Below are positions 62,078-64,000 of a DNA stretch of 64,000 nucleotides, piece by piece. Every line of letters starts with the position of its first letter. Position 1 is the stretch's first letter. The stretch comes from Candidatus Eiseniibacteriota bacterium. GTDB lineage: Bacteria; Eisenbacteria; RBG-16-71-46; CAZAMP01. Under the pieces are notes generated by a model, which did not search any database, was not told where the DNA came from, and saw only the letters and a program-made list of their open reading frames with translations. Where the stretch lies: the NCBI GenBank assembly GCA_965224245.1, contig OZ245046.1, forward strand, positions 2,560,001 to 2,624,000. The letters are read 5' to 3'. Both the position numbers and the translations under genes were made by a program.

Positions 62078-62767
62078 TCACAGTCCTTTCAGGCGGTAGC
62101 CTACCCCCCGGACGGTTTCCACGATGTGGCCGACGTCGCCGAGCTTCTTCCGGAGGCCCACGAAGAGCACGTCGACCGATCGATCGGTGACGACGTAGTC
62201 GGAGCCGTGCACGGCCTCCACGATTTGCTGGCGAGTAAACACCCATCCCGGACGGCGCGCAAGGTGATGCAGTGCACGGAACTCCGCCGGCGTGAGTCGG
62301 AGCTCGCCACCGTTCAGGAGCACCTCGTGACGTCCCGGGTGAATCTCCAGACCGTGAACGCTGATGGCGGCCGCCTCGTCGGGTACCTCCCGGGAGCGCC
62401 GCCGAAGCACGGCCGCGATGCGCGCCAGCAGAACGCGGGGGCTGAACGGCTTGGTGACGTAGTCGTCCGCCCCGACCTCGAGGCCGCGCACGACGTCCGC
62501 GTCGTCGTCCTTGGCGGTCAGCATCACGATCGGGATGTCGCGGGTCAGCGACGACTGCCGGAGCGCGCGGCAGGTCTCGATCCCATCCAGCCCGGGCATC
62601 ATCAGATCCAGCAAGATCAGATCCGGCGTCATCGTGCGTGCGGCCACGAGCGCCTGCTCGCCCGATCCGACGCCGGTGGCCTCGAACCCGTCCTGACGGA
62701 GGTTGTAGAGCACGAGCTCGACCAAGTCGGGCTCGTCGTCCACCACCAGAATGTGCTCGCCTGACAT
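62078..62767 (-). CDS. phoB: OmpR/PhoB family response regulator
   Basis: VVDDE, LDLMMP, DYVTKPFS, DRSVDV, ETVRGVGY; adjacent to phoR. Confidence 0.9.
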   Translation of the reverse strand: MSGEHILVVDDEPDLVELVLYNLRQDGFEATGVGSGEQALVAARTMTPDLILLDLMMPGLDGIETCRALRQSSLTRDIPIVMLTAKDDDADVVRGLEVGADDYVTKPFSPRVLLARIAAVLRRRSREVPDEAAAISVHGLEIHPGRHEVLLNGGELRLTPAEFRALHHLARRPGWVFTRQQIVEAVHGSDYVVTDRSVDVLFVGLRKKLGDVGHIVETVRGVGYRLKGL

Positions 62768-62874
62768 CGTGCATCCTCGTCTATCGCGCGCGTGCGCCCT
62801 GGCTCTCGAGGGTCGTCGAGCGTCCCGATCGCCGTCGCCGCGCCCGGGATACTTCGCTGCGTCAGCGTAGTCCT

Positions 62875-62907
62875 CGGCTCGTGAGCGAAATGTTTGGAAT
62901 CGGTGAG
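62875..62907 (-). promoter_or_regulatory. Degenerate PHO-box-like repeat upstream of phoB
   Basis: Minus strand CTCACcgattc-CAAACatttcg-CTCACgagccg. Confidence 0.45.
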
Positions 62908-62921
62908 AAGCCGCTCGACCC

Positions 62922-63818
62922 TCACTCTACCGCGAAGCGGCGAGACACGCCGAGCGTCCAGGCGTCTCCGCCGGTCACGTTCCGGGCCTCCAGGACGCCG
63001 ACGTGCCCGACCTCGAGCGTGGTCTCGCCGGCGATCGCGAACCACAGGGTGGCGTCGAGACGCACCTGACGGCTGTCGTATGCGAACAGCTCGGTCCGGC
63101 TCGCGTCGGTGGGAAGCTCGAAGGCGTGCTGCCCGTCCAGCTTCAGCCGGACGCCGGCGTCCTCGAACACCGACACGCCGGCCTCGACCATGTACACCCA
63201 GGCGTCGCCGGGATCCTCGGCCCGGTGGCGGTATCCGGCCTCGACCCCCAGATAGCCGGGGATCCCGAGGGACCACAGCGAGGCTCCCACGAGGGCGCGG
63301 GCATCCACGTCGAGCTGCCCGTCGCCCAGCGGCGGCACGGCCCGGTCGTCGTAGAACGTGGGGACGTCCAGGCGGACCTGGAGTGACCGGACGACGGTGG
63401 AGCCGCCCAGCCCCACCTTGAGTCCCACGGCGAGGTCGCCGAGCCCCCGGGTCGTCGCGTCCTCGAGGTCGGTCTCCAGCCGGGCCCGCTTGGCCAGGAT
63501 CGCGACGTTCAGCTCGACGTTCCGCTCGATCCCCATCGCGACGTACACCGCGGCGTAGCTCTCCTCGTAGCGGCCGCCGTCGGGGAGCGGCTGGCGCTCG
63601 CCGTCGAAGTCGCGCCAGTGCCGGGTGGCCGAGGCGGCGATCCCGATGCGAGCGTACGCCTCGTCGGGGGGCGTGACCCAGGCGCCGGCGCGGGCATCCG
63701 GCACGGATCCGAAGGCCCCGCCGACCGCCCCGGCGACCGCGATCAGCCAGCGAGCGCGGGGCCGCCCGCAATCGGCGGGGCGGGGGGGTTGCGTATCGGT
63801 GTCCTCACGACGTTTCAT
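62922..63818 (-). CDS. Putative outer membrane beta-barrel protein
   Basis: Signal peptide then AGAWV, GLGDLAVGLK, PPLGDGQLDVD, EAGYRHR, alternating beta-strand pattern. Confidence 0.6.
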   Translation of the reverse strand: MKRREDTDTQPPRPADCGRPRARWLIAVAGAVGGAFGSVPDARAGAWVTPPDEAYARIGIAASATRHWRDFDGERQPLPDGGRYEESYAAVYVAMGIERNVELNVAILAKRARLETDLEDATTRGLGDLAVGLKVGLGGSTVVRSLQVRLDVPTFYDDRAVPPLGDGQLDVDARALVGASLWSLGIPGYLGVEAGYRHRAEDPGDAWVYMVEAGVSVFEDAGVRLKLDGQHAFELPTDASRTELFAYDSRQVRLDATLWFAIAGETTLEVGHVGVLEARNVTGGDAWTLGVSRRFAVE

Positions 63819-63925
63819 TGGCCCCTCGGGCGCTCTGCGACACGGTCCGGGATACAGCGGTTGGATGCGACAGGGGCGCGCGGGTCGCGCCGGTTCACTC
63901 ACGTCGACGAAAGGCGCGGACTCCG

Positions 63926-64000
63926 ATGTTCCCCACCGATCTCGAACCCGACGACCACACCGATCTCGTGGCCATCCGGCGCGATCTGCACCGCCACCCC
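63926..64000 (+). CDS. M20 amidohydrolase, N-terminal fragment at window edge
   Basis: MFPTDLEPDDHTDLVAIRRDLHRHP matches the RRxLHxxPE M20D start. Confidence 0.7.
   Translation, partial: MFPTDLEPDDHTDLVAIRRDLHRHP

Overview
Very GC-rich (about 70% by eye) bacterial chromosomal window. The T9SS-type PorU/PorV genes, FlgD-like C-terminal sorting domains and Na+-NQR suggest a non-Bacteroidota FCB-superphylum lineage such as Eisenbacteria, Krumholzibacteriota or Latescibacterota; this is inference only. Left to right: (1) a partial MFS/spermidine-synthase fusion; (2) a minus-strand envelope operon resembling the T9SS sorting module (PorU-like C25 sortase, PorV, two DUF5683-like paralogs, NHL propeller, a 1166-aa OM protein with SprA-like motifs, BamA/TamA-like OMP); (3) an intact-looking IS110/IS1111-type element with a structured 3' non-coding RNA (bridge/seekRNA candidate), inserted in an imperfect palindrome among ~145-bp fold-back repeats, with a similar empty site nearby; (4) accA, an M23 peptidase, a sigma54-type Fn3 lipoprotein, mobA-pyrE-NUDIX, and a CTD-bearing cargo plus PorV-like barrel pair; (5) a GT-C membrane protein, a long rod-like hairpin, pabB-pabC; (6) nqrABCDEF-apbE-nqrM; (7) GH13, GH73-like, CE4, REC-GGDEF, ilvE, rhomboid; (8) phoBR-oprP-pstSCAB-phoU with non-canonical 11-bp-period PHO-box-like repeats, followed by a degenerate ychF and a cysteine desulfurase. 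No tRNA, rRNA or CRISPR array was recognised. All calls come from motif recognition by eye; no database searches were run and several starts were re-picked from RBS position.
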